NCBI GenBank assembly: GCA_964455555.1
Contig: CAYVXV010000004.1
Span: 7,771-71,770, forward strand
Direction of reading: 5' to 3'
From: an uncultured Pseudomonadales bacterium
GTDB taxonomy: Bacteria > Patescibacteriota > Microgenomatia > UBA1400 > PJMF01
Length of the DNA: 64,000 bases
The notes under the pieces were generated by a model. That model was given only the letters and a program-made list of their open reading frames with translations, searched no databases and was not told where the DNA came from. Shown piece by piece: positions 28,335 to 37,642 of this stretch. Both the position numbers and the translations under genes were made by a program. Positions within the stretch are counted from its first letter, which is position 1, and each line of letters opens with the position of its first letter.

Positions 28335-30332
28335 TTAAACTTCTCCTACAAGCTCTGCTGAAAACTGAGATTCAAGTGCGTTAGCAATTTTTTGCCTAAT
28401 TGGTTTAACCTCATCTGTACTTACAGCCCGCATTGGGTGGCTGTAGGTAATGGTAAAGGTGTAATTTTGCTGATATTTATCCTTAAGAATTACGCTGTCA
28501 ATTGCATCACCCTGAGAACGAATAGCCTCTAGGACTTGGCCGGAATAGGTTTTTTCTGGCAAGGTAAAAGTCATATCTTCGATGACAGGAGCAGATTTTG
28601 GAATCGGCTGCAGGCTTGGGTAGGCAGATGCAACACTGGCTAATTCATCCATAAGAATGTCAATGCCGGTGCGATTGCCGGGAAGTACTGAGATAATTCC
28701 GATTAAGTGCTCTTTTCCTTTTTTGACGGCAAACAACTCTCCTGCCTGAGATCGGTGGTTTTCCAGTGGCCTCACCATGGTATGAGCCAGGTATAGTGTG
28801 TCGAGCATTGCTTCCAAATCTCCCTTTACTTCCCTGTATGGTTTGCTGGAAACCATACCCAGCCTGAGCTCATGCCTTGGCAGGTCATTTTCAACCGGAA
28901 GGTAAGTGTTGGCTATCTCAAAGACAGACAGCTGTTCCACCAAGGGATTGTCATTTAAGAGTTGATTGAGCGAAGGCCAAAGCGACCGCCTGAGATAGAC
29001 ATGGTCCTCGGTTAAGGGGTTTTCCAATTTTAGATGTTTGTCCGGTGAATAACCGGAAGCTTCAGCTAAACTTGCACTGACCACTGAGTAACTGTAAACC
29101 TCCTGCCAGCCGATGTGCGCTAAGAAGTATTTAATCTTGGCTTCCAAAGTAAAATCAACCCCTTCCTGCTTGCTTAGTGGGATTTTGGTGTCCATGAGTG
29201 TGCTTGGCAAATTATGATAACCGTAAATTCGGGCAACCTCCTCGATCAGATCAGCGGGAATTTGCAGATCTGGCCTGAACGTTGGCGGTTGGACATCCAG
29301 GAAATTTTCCCGGCTGCTGACTTGGCAGCCTAGTGACTCTAGAATGGCAGCAATTTTGTTTTGTTCAATTTGAATGCCTAAGTAAGCCTCAATTTTTTCC
29401 AACGGCAAGGAAACCTGGTCCAGCTGACGCTGTCCCGGAAAGTCATCATAAAGAGGGCTGGCTACCTTGGCATTGCAGAGTTCGCGGTACAGCATTACGC
29501 CACGCTGCAGGGTTGGCAAGCCCAAGTGCGGGTCCACATGTTTTTCTTTAAGCTGGGCAGCCACAGTCCTAATTTGATGGGTCATAGAAGCAGTGCGAAT
29601 TTTTTTGGCTGCAATTGAATCTATGAGGAGCAAGACATTGCGGGTGCTGTCATCAATAGAGGTATTTTGGGTTCCTTTTATAGACGGCAGATCAATAATA
29701 TCGCCTTCCTGGTTCTCAAAAACTACTTCCCCACCGATTGTCTCATAGCTAATTCCATCTAGAGTGGTAAAGCTTTTACCAGGCTCGGCTTCCTTAACGA
29801 TAATTTCTCCGCCAAGAGCCATGAGCTTGTCGTAATCAAAAGCGTGAATTGGGTGCCCGGCTTCATGGGTTATATAGTTGGTGATATCGATGGCACTGTC
29901 GTGGATATTCATTTCTACTTGCCTCAAGCGTTTGGCCATCCACTCTGGCGTGGGCGTACGCTCAACATCTCTCAAGACTATTGCCATGACCCGTTCGCAG
30001 AGATCCGGGTTGTTTTCTATCTTGGGAAGCGGAAGCTCTTGGCCCTCGCTTGTATCTAGATCTAGCGGCACAGATTCATAAGCAGCATCCTTTAGCCTGG
30101 CATGAATTCCGAATTGTTCCAAAATCACAGCGGCTTCTCTAGCAGTGCCTCGAACAGACATGCTATCCACTCTATTGGAGGTTATTTCAATGTCGTAGAC
30201 ACTATCCCCTTCCCGTTCGTAGATTCTTTCTACAGAAGGACCAGCTAAAGAGAGGTTCTCCTGAATGATCTTTGGATCAGCATTAGTGTCCAGGTGTTCG
30301 AGAAGCCATGTATGTGGAATTAAAATATTCAT
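28335..30332 (-). CDS. pheT: Phenylalanine--tRNA ligase beta subunit (short form, no B2 domain)
   Basis: DIEITSNRVDSMSVRG, DITNY..GHPIHAFD, FRPDL..DLIEEVARIYGY, LENP, LRRSL. Confidence 0.96.
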   Translation of the reverse strand: MNILIPHTWLLEHLDTNADPKIIQENLSLAGPSVERIYEREGDSVYDIEITSNRVDSMSVRGTAREAAVILEQFGIHARLKDAAYESVPLDLDTSEGQELPLPKIENNPDLCERVMAIVLRDVERTPTPEWMAKRLRQVEMNIHDSAIDITNYITHEAGHPIHAFDYDKLMALGGEIIVKEAEPGKSFTTLDGISYETIGGEVVFENQEGDIIDLPSIKGTQNTSIDDSTRNVLLLIDSIAAKKIRTASMTHQIRTVAAQLKEKHVDPHLGLPTLQRGVMLYRELCNAKVASPLYDDFPGQRQLDQVSLPLEKIEAYLGIQIEQNKIAAILESLGCQVSSRENFLDVQPPTFRPDLQIPADLIEEVARIYGYHNLPSTLMDTKIPLSKQEGVDFTLEAKIKYFLAHIGWQEVYSYSVVSASLAEASGYSPDKHLKLENPLTEDHVYLRRSLWPSLNQLLNDNPLVEQLSVFEIANTYLPVENDLPRHELRLGMVSSKPYREVKGDLEAMLDTLYLAHTMVRPLENHRSQAGELFAVKKGKEHLIGIISVLPGNRTGIDILMDELASVASAYPSLQPIPKSAPVIEDMTFTLPEKTYSGQVLEAIRSQGDAIDSVILKDKYQQNYTFTITYSHPMRAVSTDEVKPIRQKIANALESQFSAELVGEV

Positions 30333-30340
30333 AAATTTCC

Positions 30341-31408
30341 TTAGAACTGTTCCAAAAACTTCAGGTCTGTGCTGTAGAGCAGGCGGATGTCGTCCAGATT
30401 CAAGCCTTCTTTGAGTGAATATGTGCGTTCTACCCCCCAGCCAAAGGCAAAACCGGTGTATTCCTCCGGATCTATCCCTCCGGCCTTAAGAACATTTGGA
30501 TGGACCATACCGGCACCACCGACTTCGTGCCAGCCAGATTTGCAGAACCTGCATTTGCGTGGCTCGCCGGTCTCTTCATCAATCTGGCCTTCCAGGAGGC
30601 CGGTGCCGTGGCAGATGTGGCAGGAAAAGTCTACTTCGAAGGAAGGCTCTGTAAACTTGAAATGAAATGGCCGGATCCGGCTCTCGGCATCGGGCCCGTA
30701 GAATTCATGGGCAAAGTAATCGATTGTGCCCTTGAGATGCTGAATGGTTATACCCTTATCCACAACCAAACCTTCAAACTGGTGAAATACTTGGGTATGC
30801 GTTGCATCTTGCTGACGGCGGTATGTGCGGCCGATGTTGATCATCCGGATTGGCGGGCCGCCCAAGCGCTCCATTTCGCGCACTTGCCCATTTGAGGTGT
30901 GAGTAGTCATCACAACCTTGCCTTTTTCAGGATGGGCGGGGGCATCAACGAAAAATGTTTCCCATTCATCCCTGGCGGGGTGGTTTGGGGGCATGTTCAA
31001 GGACTCAAAGACGTACCAGTCCCAATCTACCTCAGGATAGCGGACGCGAGTGAAACCGATTCTTTTAAAGATATCTGTAATTTCTTCAATGGCTTGGGAG
31101 ATGGGATGGACATGTCCCACGCTTGGTTTAATCCCAGGAACTGTCAGGTCAACCCAATCAACGTGTCCCTGAGCCGACTCCAGTTTCTGAGCGATGGTTT
31201 CACCTAACCGGGTTTTGGCAGCATTCAAAATCCTGCCGGCCTCTGGCCGTGACTCTGCATCGAGATCACCAAGAACCACTGCCAGCGAGTTAAACAAGCC
31301 CTTTTTACCCAGGTATTTAGTTGCCAGTTCACTGGCCGGCAGAGATTGGTCATTCTCAAACTGCTGCTGCAGCTCATTAATCTTGGCTTCTAGTTCGGGT
31401 ATGGTCAT
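30341..31408 (-). CDS. pheS: Phenylalanine--tRNA ligase alpha subunit
   Basis: HPARD, THTS, YRR..DATH..FHQFEG, FTEPS, GMVHPNV, GFAFGWGVER; start may be 31408, 31417 or 31420. Confidence 0.97.
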   Translation of the reverse strand: MTIPELEAKINELQQQFENDQSLPASELATKYLGKKGLFNSLAVVLGDLDAESRPEAGRILNAAKTRLGETIAQKLESAQGHVDWVDLTVPGIKPSVGHVHPISQAIEEITDIFKRIGFTRVRYPEVDWDWYVFESLNMPPNHPARDEWETFFVDAPAHPEKGKVVMTTHTSNGQVREMERLGGPPIRMINIGRTYRRQQDATHTQVFHQFEGLVVDKGITIQHLKGTIDYFAHEFYGPDAESRIRPFHFKFTEPSFEVDFSCHICHGTGLLEGQIDEETGEPRKCRFCKSGWHEVGGAGMVHPNVLKAGGIDPEEYTGFAFGWGVERTYSLKEGLNLDDIRLLYSTDLKFLEQF

Positions 31409-31445
31409 AACAGTCATCATTATATCCTAACAACCCAGCATTCTG

Positions 31446-31739
31446 CTATTGGCCCATTGATGTTTTGTCAGCTCTCAATCCTTTGGCTTTGCGCTCTTGG
31501 ATTTCGCGCCTTCTCTCCGCTGGGGTCATCTTAGCCACCCTCTCCCGCTCTGCAGCATCGGCTTCAGCGTAAAGCTCTTCGATAGTTTTCTTTTCAGGCC
31601 TTTCTGGGAGCAGTCCGTACATTGTCCTAGTCCCGTAATGCCTTGCCAGTTCCATGGCTACTGACGCTTCCAACAAAGAGCTTGTAGGTTGCTCTTCTTC
31701 TGCCCTTAGCCCCAGTGCCTCCTTTGAGTGCTTGTTCAT
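31446..31739 (-). CDS. Hypothetical charged helical protein between attenuator and pheS
   Basis: Open frame filling the gap; AAAGG before ATG 31739 (alternative start 31757). Confidence 0.55.
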   Translation of the reverse strand: MNKHSKEALGLRAEEEQPTSSLLEASVAMELARHYGTRTMYGLLPERPEKKTIEELYAEADAAERERVAKMTPAERRREIQERKAKGLRADKTSMGQ

Positions 31740-31765
31740 ACTGCCTTTCTGTGCCATCCGGCACT

Positions 31766-31789
31766 AAAAAAGCTCCCGGTGGGGAGCTT
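31766..31789 (-). terminator. Attenuator terminator hairpin
   Basis: Minus strand AAGCTCCC-CACC-GGGAGC-TTTTTT. Confidence 0.85.
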
Positions 31790-31817
31790 GTTCATTACTA
31801 TTTAATGTTCAACGCGA

Positions 31818-31886
31818 TTACCGCTCCCCTCCTAGATTGGGATTAATAAAATAGAAGTTGGTAAAACAGTAAACGCTGTTTAACAT
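31818..31886 (-). CDS. Phe/Tyr-rich attenuator leader peptide (pheM-like)
   Basis: MLNSVYCFTNFYFINPNLGGER*; between a promoter and a terminator; GGGGAGC can pair with the terminator 5' arm GCTCCCC. Confidence 0.75.
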   Translation of the reverse strand: MLNSVYCFTNFYFINPNLGGER

Positions 31887-31894
31887 GTCAAAAA

Positions 31895-31922
31895 ATTATA
31901 GCCGATGAAAAAAATGATGCAA
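31895..31922 (-). promoter_or_regulatory. Promoter of the leader-peptide transcript
   Basis: TTGCAT-16 nt-TATAAT, 8 nt before the leader ATG. Confidence 0.7.
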
Positions 31923-32058
31923 GTACAAATATTTTGCTGGTTTTGCATCTGCAAAAGTATTATACTCGATACATGTGCGCTCTGGACAGAAATGCACTAA
32001 AATACTAGAATAAACGCTCTTTCTGTTCCTGTTCAGGTAACTAAAGACTGCCTAATAT

Positions 32059-35058
32059 ATGCGCAACAACGAAAACCAGGATATACTGGGTAATGCTACT
32101 GACCCTGCTTATGAACCGGAACCGAAGCGGGCGGTTAGCCGGTTGATCTCTGAGACCGATGACTCAGCAGCCCGTGAAACCTCCGTGAAAACAAAGTTTT
32201 CACAAGGATTTCATAAAGTAACAACCCTGGTAGTAACAACAAAACTTCCTTTATTTAATAAAAATCTTAAAGAATTATTTCCTGAACTTGCACAAAAGAT
32301 TGAAAGAAGCCAACAAATGCTTAGAAGAAAAAGAGCTCGCTCTCGCAGGCTGTCAGCTGCCGAACTAGAACATAAGCGCCTGAGGACAATTAAACTAATC
32401 CGCTATGGATCTATGGCTGCTGCCATAGGTGCTGTAGCTATGGTCTTCGTATTTTTTGGAGCCTTTGCTTGGTATTCCAGAGAGCTGCCGAAGCCTGGTG
32501 AGGTAGTTAGAAAGCAAGGTTTCAGCACTCAGATTTTCGACCGGGAAGGTGTGTTGCTCTTTGACATTTATGACGAGGAGCGCCGCAATCCGGTCGGTAT
32601 CGACCAAGTTCCTGAACACCTTAAGCAAGCCACTATAGCTACTGAGGACAAAGATTTCTATAAACATGAGGGTTTTGACTTCATGACTGTAATCAGAATC
32701 CCCTACAATGTGATTTTCCGCCAGCGAGTCGTCGGGGGATCTACACTCACCCAGCAATTGGTGAAAAATGCCCTTTTAACCAATGAGAGGAGCATAGAGC
32801 GCAAGTTTAAAGAGCTGGTCCTCTCCCTGCAAATTGAGCGGAGCTTCAGCAAAGATGAGATTTTAAACATGTACCTCAATGAAGCCCCATATGGTGGTAC
32901 TGCTTGGGGCATTGGCACTGCCTCTGAAGTTTACTTTAATAAACCTGTGGCTGATTTAGACCTAGTTGAGTCGGCAATTTTGGCCGGCTTGCCCCAGCGC
33001 CCGACCGCCTACTCCCCATATGTGGGCAGGACTGATGCAGATGGGACTCCGCTTTGGAAAGTCCGCACCCGCGGTGTGCTTAGGAGGATGCATGAGGATG
33101 GTTATATTACTGACTTAGCATATGAAGATGCTTTAGGAGGCCTGGATAATGTTGAATTTGATCAGGCGCCGCTGACTATTAAAGCGCCCCATTTTGTTTT
33201 TTACGTCAAAGACCAACTCTCAGAAATGTTTGGTGAAGAGGTAGTAGAGACCGGCGGTTTTAAGGTCACTACATCCTTGGACTGGGAGATACAGGAGGCT
33301 GCCCAGCAGATAGTTGCAGAGGAGGTTGAATCAGTTGAAGAACGCTTCCACATAACCAATGGAGCTGCCCTGGTTATGGACCCCAATAATGGTGAAATTT
33401 TGAGCATGGTGGGCAGCCGAAACTATAATAATTCGGACATTGGCGGCCAGTATAATATTACTGTAGATGCCTTGCGCCAACCCGGTTCGGCTATTAAGCC
33501 TGTGACATACTTGGGTTTATTGCAGCGCGGATATACGCCATCAAGTTTAATTGTTGATGTGCCGACAACTTTTCAGCGAAATCCCAATGACAGGCCTTAT
33601 GACCCCAAAAACTATGACGGCACTTTCCGCGGCCCGGTTAATGTTAGGAACAGCTTGGGGAGTTCGCTAAATATTCCGGCTGTTAAAGCGCTGGCCACAG
33701 TCGGTGTAGACAATTTCCTTAAACTGGCTTATGACATGGGTTTGGAGACATTAGAACCGACTGCAGCCAACAAGCAGCGGTTTGGCTTGGCTGTGACGCT
33801 TGGAGGTGCAGAGGTCCGGATGATTAATTTGGTTACCGCCTATTCTGCTTTTGCCAACGAGGGGAAAAAAGTTGAGCCGGTGCCTATTCTAAAAGTTGAA
33901 GACAAGGATGGCAGGGTTGTTTTTGAACACCGCCATGTGGAAGGCCGCCAAGTCATCAAGCCTGAAGAGGCTTTTTTAATCAGCAACATTTTGTCGGACA
34001 ACAATGCCAGGCTGATGGCCTTTGGAGCCAACTCACTATTGAATACCGGCAGACCGATAGCAGTGAAAACAGGAACGACCAACGAAATGAAAGACAACTG
34101 GGCGATAGGTTGGAGCCGCGAGGTCGTAGTCGGTGCTTGGGTTGGCAACAATGACAATACCGCGATGAGAGCAGTTGCTTCCGGTGTTTCCGGTGCCACA
34201 CCTATCTGGCGCAGGGTTATTTTGATGGCTTTGGAGAAAGGTTATGGTGCGCCTGCTTGGGAGGTTCCCAGCAATGTTGAGCAGGTCGAAGTAGACCAAA
34301 TTTCCGGCTACCCAGCCCACAGTGGGTTTGGTTCAAGGGTTGATTATGCTATCAAAAATACCTTGCCTACAGGAGAAGATACTATTCATCAGTTGGTAAA
34401 GGTTTGTAGGGGCGATGACCGAAAGCTAGCCACCGACGCCGATGTCCGACGCGGCAACTACGAAGAAAAGGAGTATATCCGCTTACAGGAAAATGACCCT
34501 TATAGCGAAGACGGGGTCAACCGTTGGCAACTGGCTATCGATGCTTGGATCCAGAACATTGATGATGGCAAGTACCGGTATCCCACCGAATATTGCGGCG
34601 ATGCTGATGAAGTATATGTGACGATTAGCGAGCCGAGAAATGAGACTAATTTTGAAGGCGAAGATATCCGGGTAAAAATTGAAGCTGACCACCGTGAAGG
34701 CATCGAAAAAATTGAGCTTTATGTAAACGGCAGCAAGAGGGAAACTGTTGAAGGCAGGATATTTGACAGTAGAATCAACCTGCCCCGCGGCCAGTACACC
34801 CTAAAGGCTATTGCTTACCCCAGGAATGGTGAAAAGAAGGAAAGTTCTGAGCGGCGCATCGGCACCGGCGGGATGACTTGGAATGAAACCAAAACCTATT
34901 CCTGCAATTCAGAATGCGACAACAGCTCCCAGTGTAAGACTGCCAATCCTGCCTATGTCTGCTACAACAGCCGCTGCCGACTGGAAGCCAATAAATCTTC
35001 TGAAAGCTGTCAGCTGCTGCCGACGCCTACACCATCTCCAACTCCCGACCCCGATTAA
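32059..35058 (+). CDS. Class A penicillin-binding protein with Ig-like and Cys-rich C-terminal modules
   Basis: TEDKDFYKHEG, GGSTLTQQLVKN, RKFKE; SxxK (SAIK), SLN, KTGT. Confidence 0.95.
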   Translation: MRNNENQDILGNATDPAYEPEPKRAVSRLISETDDSAARETSVKTKFSQGFHKVTTLVVTTKLPLFNKNLKELFPELAQKIERSQQMLRRKRARSRRLSAAELEHKRLRTIKLIRYGSMAAAIGAVAMVFVFFGAFAWYSRELPKPGEVVRKQGFSTQIFDREGVLLFDIYDEERRNPVGIDQVPEHLKQATIATEDKDFYKHEGFDFMTVIRIPYNVIFRQRVVGGSTLTQQLVKNALLTNERSIERKFKELVLSLQIERSFSKDEILNMYLNEAPYGGTAWGIGTASEVYFNKPVADLDLVESAILAGLPQRPTAYSPYVGRTDADGTPLWKVRTRGVLRRMHEDGYITDLAYEDALGGLDNVEFDQAPLTIKAPHFVFYVKDQLSEMFGEEVVETGGFKVTTSLDWEIQEAAQQIVAEEVESVEERFHITNGAALVMDPNNGEILSMVGSRNYNNSDIGGQYNITVDALRQPGSAIKPVTYLGLLQRGYTPSSLIVDVPTTFQRNPNDRPYDPKNYDGTFRGPVNVRNSLGSSLNIPAVKALATVGVDNFLKLAYDMGLETLEPTAANKQRFGLAVTLGGAEVRMINLVTAYSAFANEGKKVEPVPILKVEDKDGRVVFEHRHVEGRQVIKPEEAFLISNILSDNNARLMAFGANSLLNTGRPIAVKTGTTNEMKDNWAIGWSREVVVGAWVGNNDNTAMRAVASGVSGATPIWRRVILMALEKGYGAPAWEVPSNVEQVEVDQISGYPAHSGFGSRVDYAIKNTLPTGEDTIHQLVKVCRGDDRKLATDADVRRGNYEEKEYIRLQENDPYSEDGVNRWQLAIDAWIQNIDDGKYRYPTEYCGDADEVYVTISEPRNETNFEGEDIRVKIEADHREGIEKIELYVNGSKRETVEGRIFDSRINLPRGQYTLKAIAYPRNGEKKESSERRIGTGGMTWNETKTYSCNSECDNSSQCKTANPAYVCYNSRCRLEANKSSESCQLLPTPTPSPTPDPD

Positions 35059-35081
35059 CCTCAAGCAGTTTTATTTTGTGT

Positions 35082-36365
35082 CTAATGTGTTTTTTGGTGG
35101 GTTAAAAATATCCCAAGAAATAACGCAGAGAGCAGTATCCCAGCTGACTGGCTAAGCAGATAGTGATCTAATGCAATCACCGGAGAAAGGATGGCCAGCG
35201 CTGCCAAGAATGAAAACATATATTTTGTTTTTTGAATCAGCTTCAGTGCAGAGGCAATAAGCGCGAGTCCAACAATGCCTGTTTCCGCCAGCCAGAGCAA
35301 GACAGCATGATGAGCCGGCTGTACAAATCTAACAACTTCTCTTGCCGGCGCGTAGGTTTCGAGCTGAGCAGTAAATTGATTCAACCCCACACCAAGCAGC
35401 GGAAAGTTAGAGAACAATTTAAGCGCAGCTGCAGAGAGGTAATTGCGCCTGATGATTGATGGATGTCCGGCAGCAGATTCGGCTGCAAGAAGCAGGATTG
35501 GGACTCCAATTATTATCAGCAGGGTGAAGCCGGCTAGTGCCTTTGAAGAAAGATTTTTTGCTTGCGGAAGAAAAATAAAGATCAGCCCGATTAAGAACAT
35601 AAGCCATGCACTAACTGAGAATGTCAGCAGTAAGGTTGGCACACCTAATAAAAAGGCAGCAATAATCAGCCAGTTAATTCTGCCGAGTAGTTTTTCTCTG
35701 CTGATTAAAAGCAGCAACAGGAGATAGCCGGCAATAATGCCCCCAAGCAGATTGGGGTGGGCGGTGGTTCCGTATGGTAGGACCATCTCTGCTCCTGAAA
35801 GTACAACTTTGGACAATCCAAGACTGGCTCCAAGTTGAGGTTCCCCTAACAAAAGATAGCCGAAGACTGAGCGCTGGTTGAGAAACTGGAAGAGCCCGGC
35901 TGCCGATTGGAAAAGCACGGTAATAGCTAGGGCGCTTGCAAATATTTTTTCAAACCCGCGCCCCTGCTCTGCTCTTTTTAGAAGATACCAAAAAAATATT
36001 CCGGCGGCGGCCAGTTTGAAAATATACCAGCTGTTGTTGAGCCCCGAAGCAGTGAAAATGAGCGAGTAAAGAGCGATTTCTAGTGCGGTTGTGAATGATA
36101 TTGCGGCAAGAACAGAGACTTGGAGGTTTGCCAGGATTTCGTGATGGGCTTTTTTTGCTTTTTTCAGGTTTAGATTGGGGGAGATCAATAACAGCCACCA
36201 GACTAGAAGTGCTGTTAAAGCCAGATCCACAAGATAGATTTTTGGCAGCAGGTAGTCGCTCAGCAGACCGTTGATATATCCTGGTTCAACAGCCAAGACA
36301 AAAAATAAGTTGGTGGGGATTAAGAAAATGATTAAAGTCAGCAGCAGCTGTTCAACACGCTTCAT
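35082..36365 (-). CDS. O-antigen ligase-like (Wzy_C/PglL-type) membrane protein
   Basis: Polytopic; YGTTAHPN, PLLGVGLNQF, QPAHH..LAETGIVG; start chosen from -10 box 6 nt upstream. Confidence 0.85.
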   Translation of the reverse strand: MKRVEQLLLTLIIFLIPTNLFFVLAVEPGYINGLLSDYLLPKIYLVDLALTALLVWWLLLISPNLNLKKAKKAHHEILANLQVSVLAAISFTTALEIALYSLIFTASGLNNSWYIFKLAAAGIFFWYLLKRAEQGRGFEKIFASALAITVLFQSAAGLFQFLNQRSVFGYLLLGEPQLGASLGLSKVVLSGAEMVLPYGTTAHPNLLGGIIAGYLLLLLLISREKLLGRINWLIIAAFLLGVPTLLLTFSVSAWLMFLIGLIFIFLPQAKNLSSKALAGFTLLIIIGVPILLLAAESAAGHPSIIRRNYLSAAALKLFSNFPLLGVGLNQFTAQLETYAPAREVVRFVQPAHHAVLLWLAETGIVGLALIASALKLIQKTKYMFSFLAALAILSPVIALDHYLLSQSAGILLSALFLGIFLTHQKTH

Positions 36366-36381
36366 GAGGCTATCATACCGC

Positions 36382-36410
36382 AAAAATCCCCCCGCTTGGC
36401 GGGGGGATTT
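36382..36410 (-). terminator. Intrinsic terminator of infC-rpmI-rplT
   Basis: Minus strand AAATCCCCCCGC-CAA-GCGGGGGGA-TTTTT. Confidence 0.85.
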
Positions 36411-36432
36411 CAAATTCTTTTTCGAAAAACGC

Positions 36433-36786
36433 TTAGTTTTTAACTTTGTTCACAATGGCTTTGAAATCATCAAAGTTGTGGATTGCCAGTTCTGAAAGCA
36501 TCTTGCGGTTAAGCTCAACGTTGGCCTTCTTAAGGTCGTTGATGAAGGTTGAGTAGTTGTAAGTCGGATCAACCTCTTTAACAGCAGCGCTGATGCGGGT
36601 TACCCAAAGTTTGCGGAAGTCGCGTTTTCTGAGTTTTCGCCCGATGTAAGCGTACTGGCCTGCGTGCAGGACTGCTTCTTTGGCTCTCTTGTAGAGCCTG
36701 TTGTTAGTGCCCCGGTAGCCCTTAGCGAGCTTGAGGACTTTTTTGTGCCTTGCGTGCCTGGTTGTACCAGTTTTTGTTCTTGGCAT
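36433..36786 (-). CDS. rplT: 50S ribosomal protein L20
   Basis: HKKVLKLAKGYRG, GRKLRKRDFRKLW, LNRKMLSELA. Confidence 0.98.
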   Translation of the reverse strand: MPRTKTGTTRHARHKKVLKLAKGYRGTNNRLYKRAKEAVLHAGQYAYIGRKLRKRDFRKLWVTRISAAVKEVDPTYNYSTFINDLKKANVELNRKMLSELAIHNFDDFKAIVNKVKN

Positions 36787-36860
36787 ACTACTTTCTTTCG
36801 CCAGCGGCTATTCGCCGGAGGCCGGCAGCTCAAGCTGCCTGTTACTTTTACTAAAACAAA

Positions 36861-37064
36861 TTAAGCTTCTCCGAGCATTCTTTTAATCTTTTTTGCCCAC
36901 TTGCCCGTTACTTCAATTGGTTTGCGGTAGGCTCTGATGGCTTTTTTGCTTTTGTTGCGTCTGCGGTGGCGCATGTTTTGTGAGCGTCTTAAAACTTTGC
37001 CGGTACCGGTGATCTTAAACCGTTTGGCCACACCGGATCTGGTTTTTTGTTTCATTTTTTTCAT
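36861..37064 (-). CDS. rpmI: 50S ribosomal protein L35
   Basis: KQKTRSGVAKRFKITGTGK; between infC and rplT. Confidence 0.96.
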   Translation of the reverse strand: MKKMKQKTRSGVAKRFKITGTGKVLRRSQNMRHRRRNKSKKAIRAYRKPIEVTGKWAKKIKRMLGEA

Positions 37065-37102
37065 AGAATTAATCCTTCAAGCTGTTTTTATGTTTGGCAA
37101 AA

Positions 37103-37642
37103 CTAAGACTTTTTGGCTGGCATGAGTTGGGCGATGAGTTTTTTGCCCATTATTTTCGGTGGCATTTCTACAGTTGAAATATCTGCAGTGCTTTCGAAAA
37201 CTTTTTCGAACATCTCGTAGCCGAACTCTTTTTTAGTGATTGCCCTGCCTTTAAAAAGCAGGCTAAGGCGTACTTTATCACCTTTTTCTAAAAATTGGCG
37301 GACCTTTTTAAGCCTGGATTGGAAGTCTGCTTCACCCATGAAAGGTGTGAACCTGACTTCTTTTATTTCCTGAGCCTTGGCTTTTTTGCGGCTGGCTGCT
37401 TCTTTTTGTTGAACCTGGTATTTGTATTTTGCAAGTTCAATGATTTTTGCAATCGGTGGGTTGGTAGTTGCAGTGACAAGAACCAGGTCCCTGTCTGTTT
37501 CTTTTGCCTGGGCAATCGCGTCCCTAGTGGACATGATGCCGACTTGTTCGCCTGTTTCGTCGATTACTCTTACCTCTGCTGCCCGAATGTACTGATTGTA
37601 GGCAACCCGTTTGCTTCTATTGTATTGATTTGGTCTAGCCAC
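37103..37642 (-). CDS. infC: Translation initiation factor IF-3
   Basis: IRAAEVRVID, DLVLV..PPIAKI, KEVRF, GDKV..FKGR; GTG start with AAAGGA. Confidence 0.97.
   Translation of the reverse strand: MARPNQYNRSKRVAYNQYIRAAEVRVIDETGEQVGIMSTRDAIAQAKETDRDLVLVTATTNPPIAKIIELAKYKYQVQQKEAASRKKAKAQEIKEVRFTPFMGEADFQSRLKKVRQFLEKGDKVRLSLLFKGRAITKKEFGYEMFEKVFESTADISTVEMPPKIMGKKLIAQLMPAKKS

Noticed and set aside
30540-30630. CxxC...CxxC insert in PheS as a novelty
   Set aside because: Zn-ribbon inserts at this position are common in PheS; only the loop is longer.
31760-31900. T-box riboswitch upstream of pheS
   Set aside because: No GGTGGNACCGCG T-box motif or stem I; a leader-peptide model fits better.
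37640-37642. Non-canonical AUU start of infC
   Set aside because: A GTG with a suitably placed AAAGGA explains the start.
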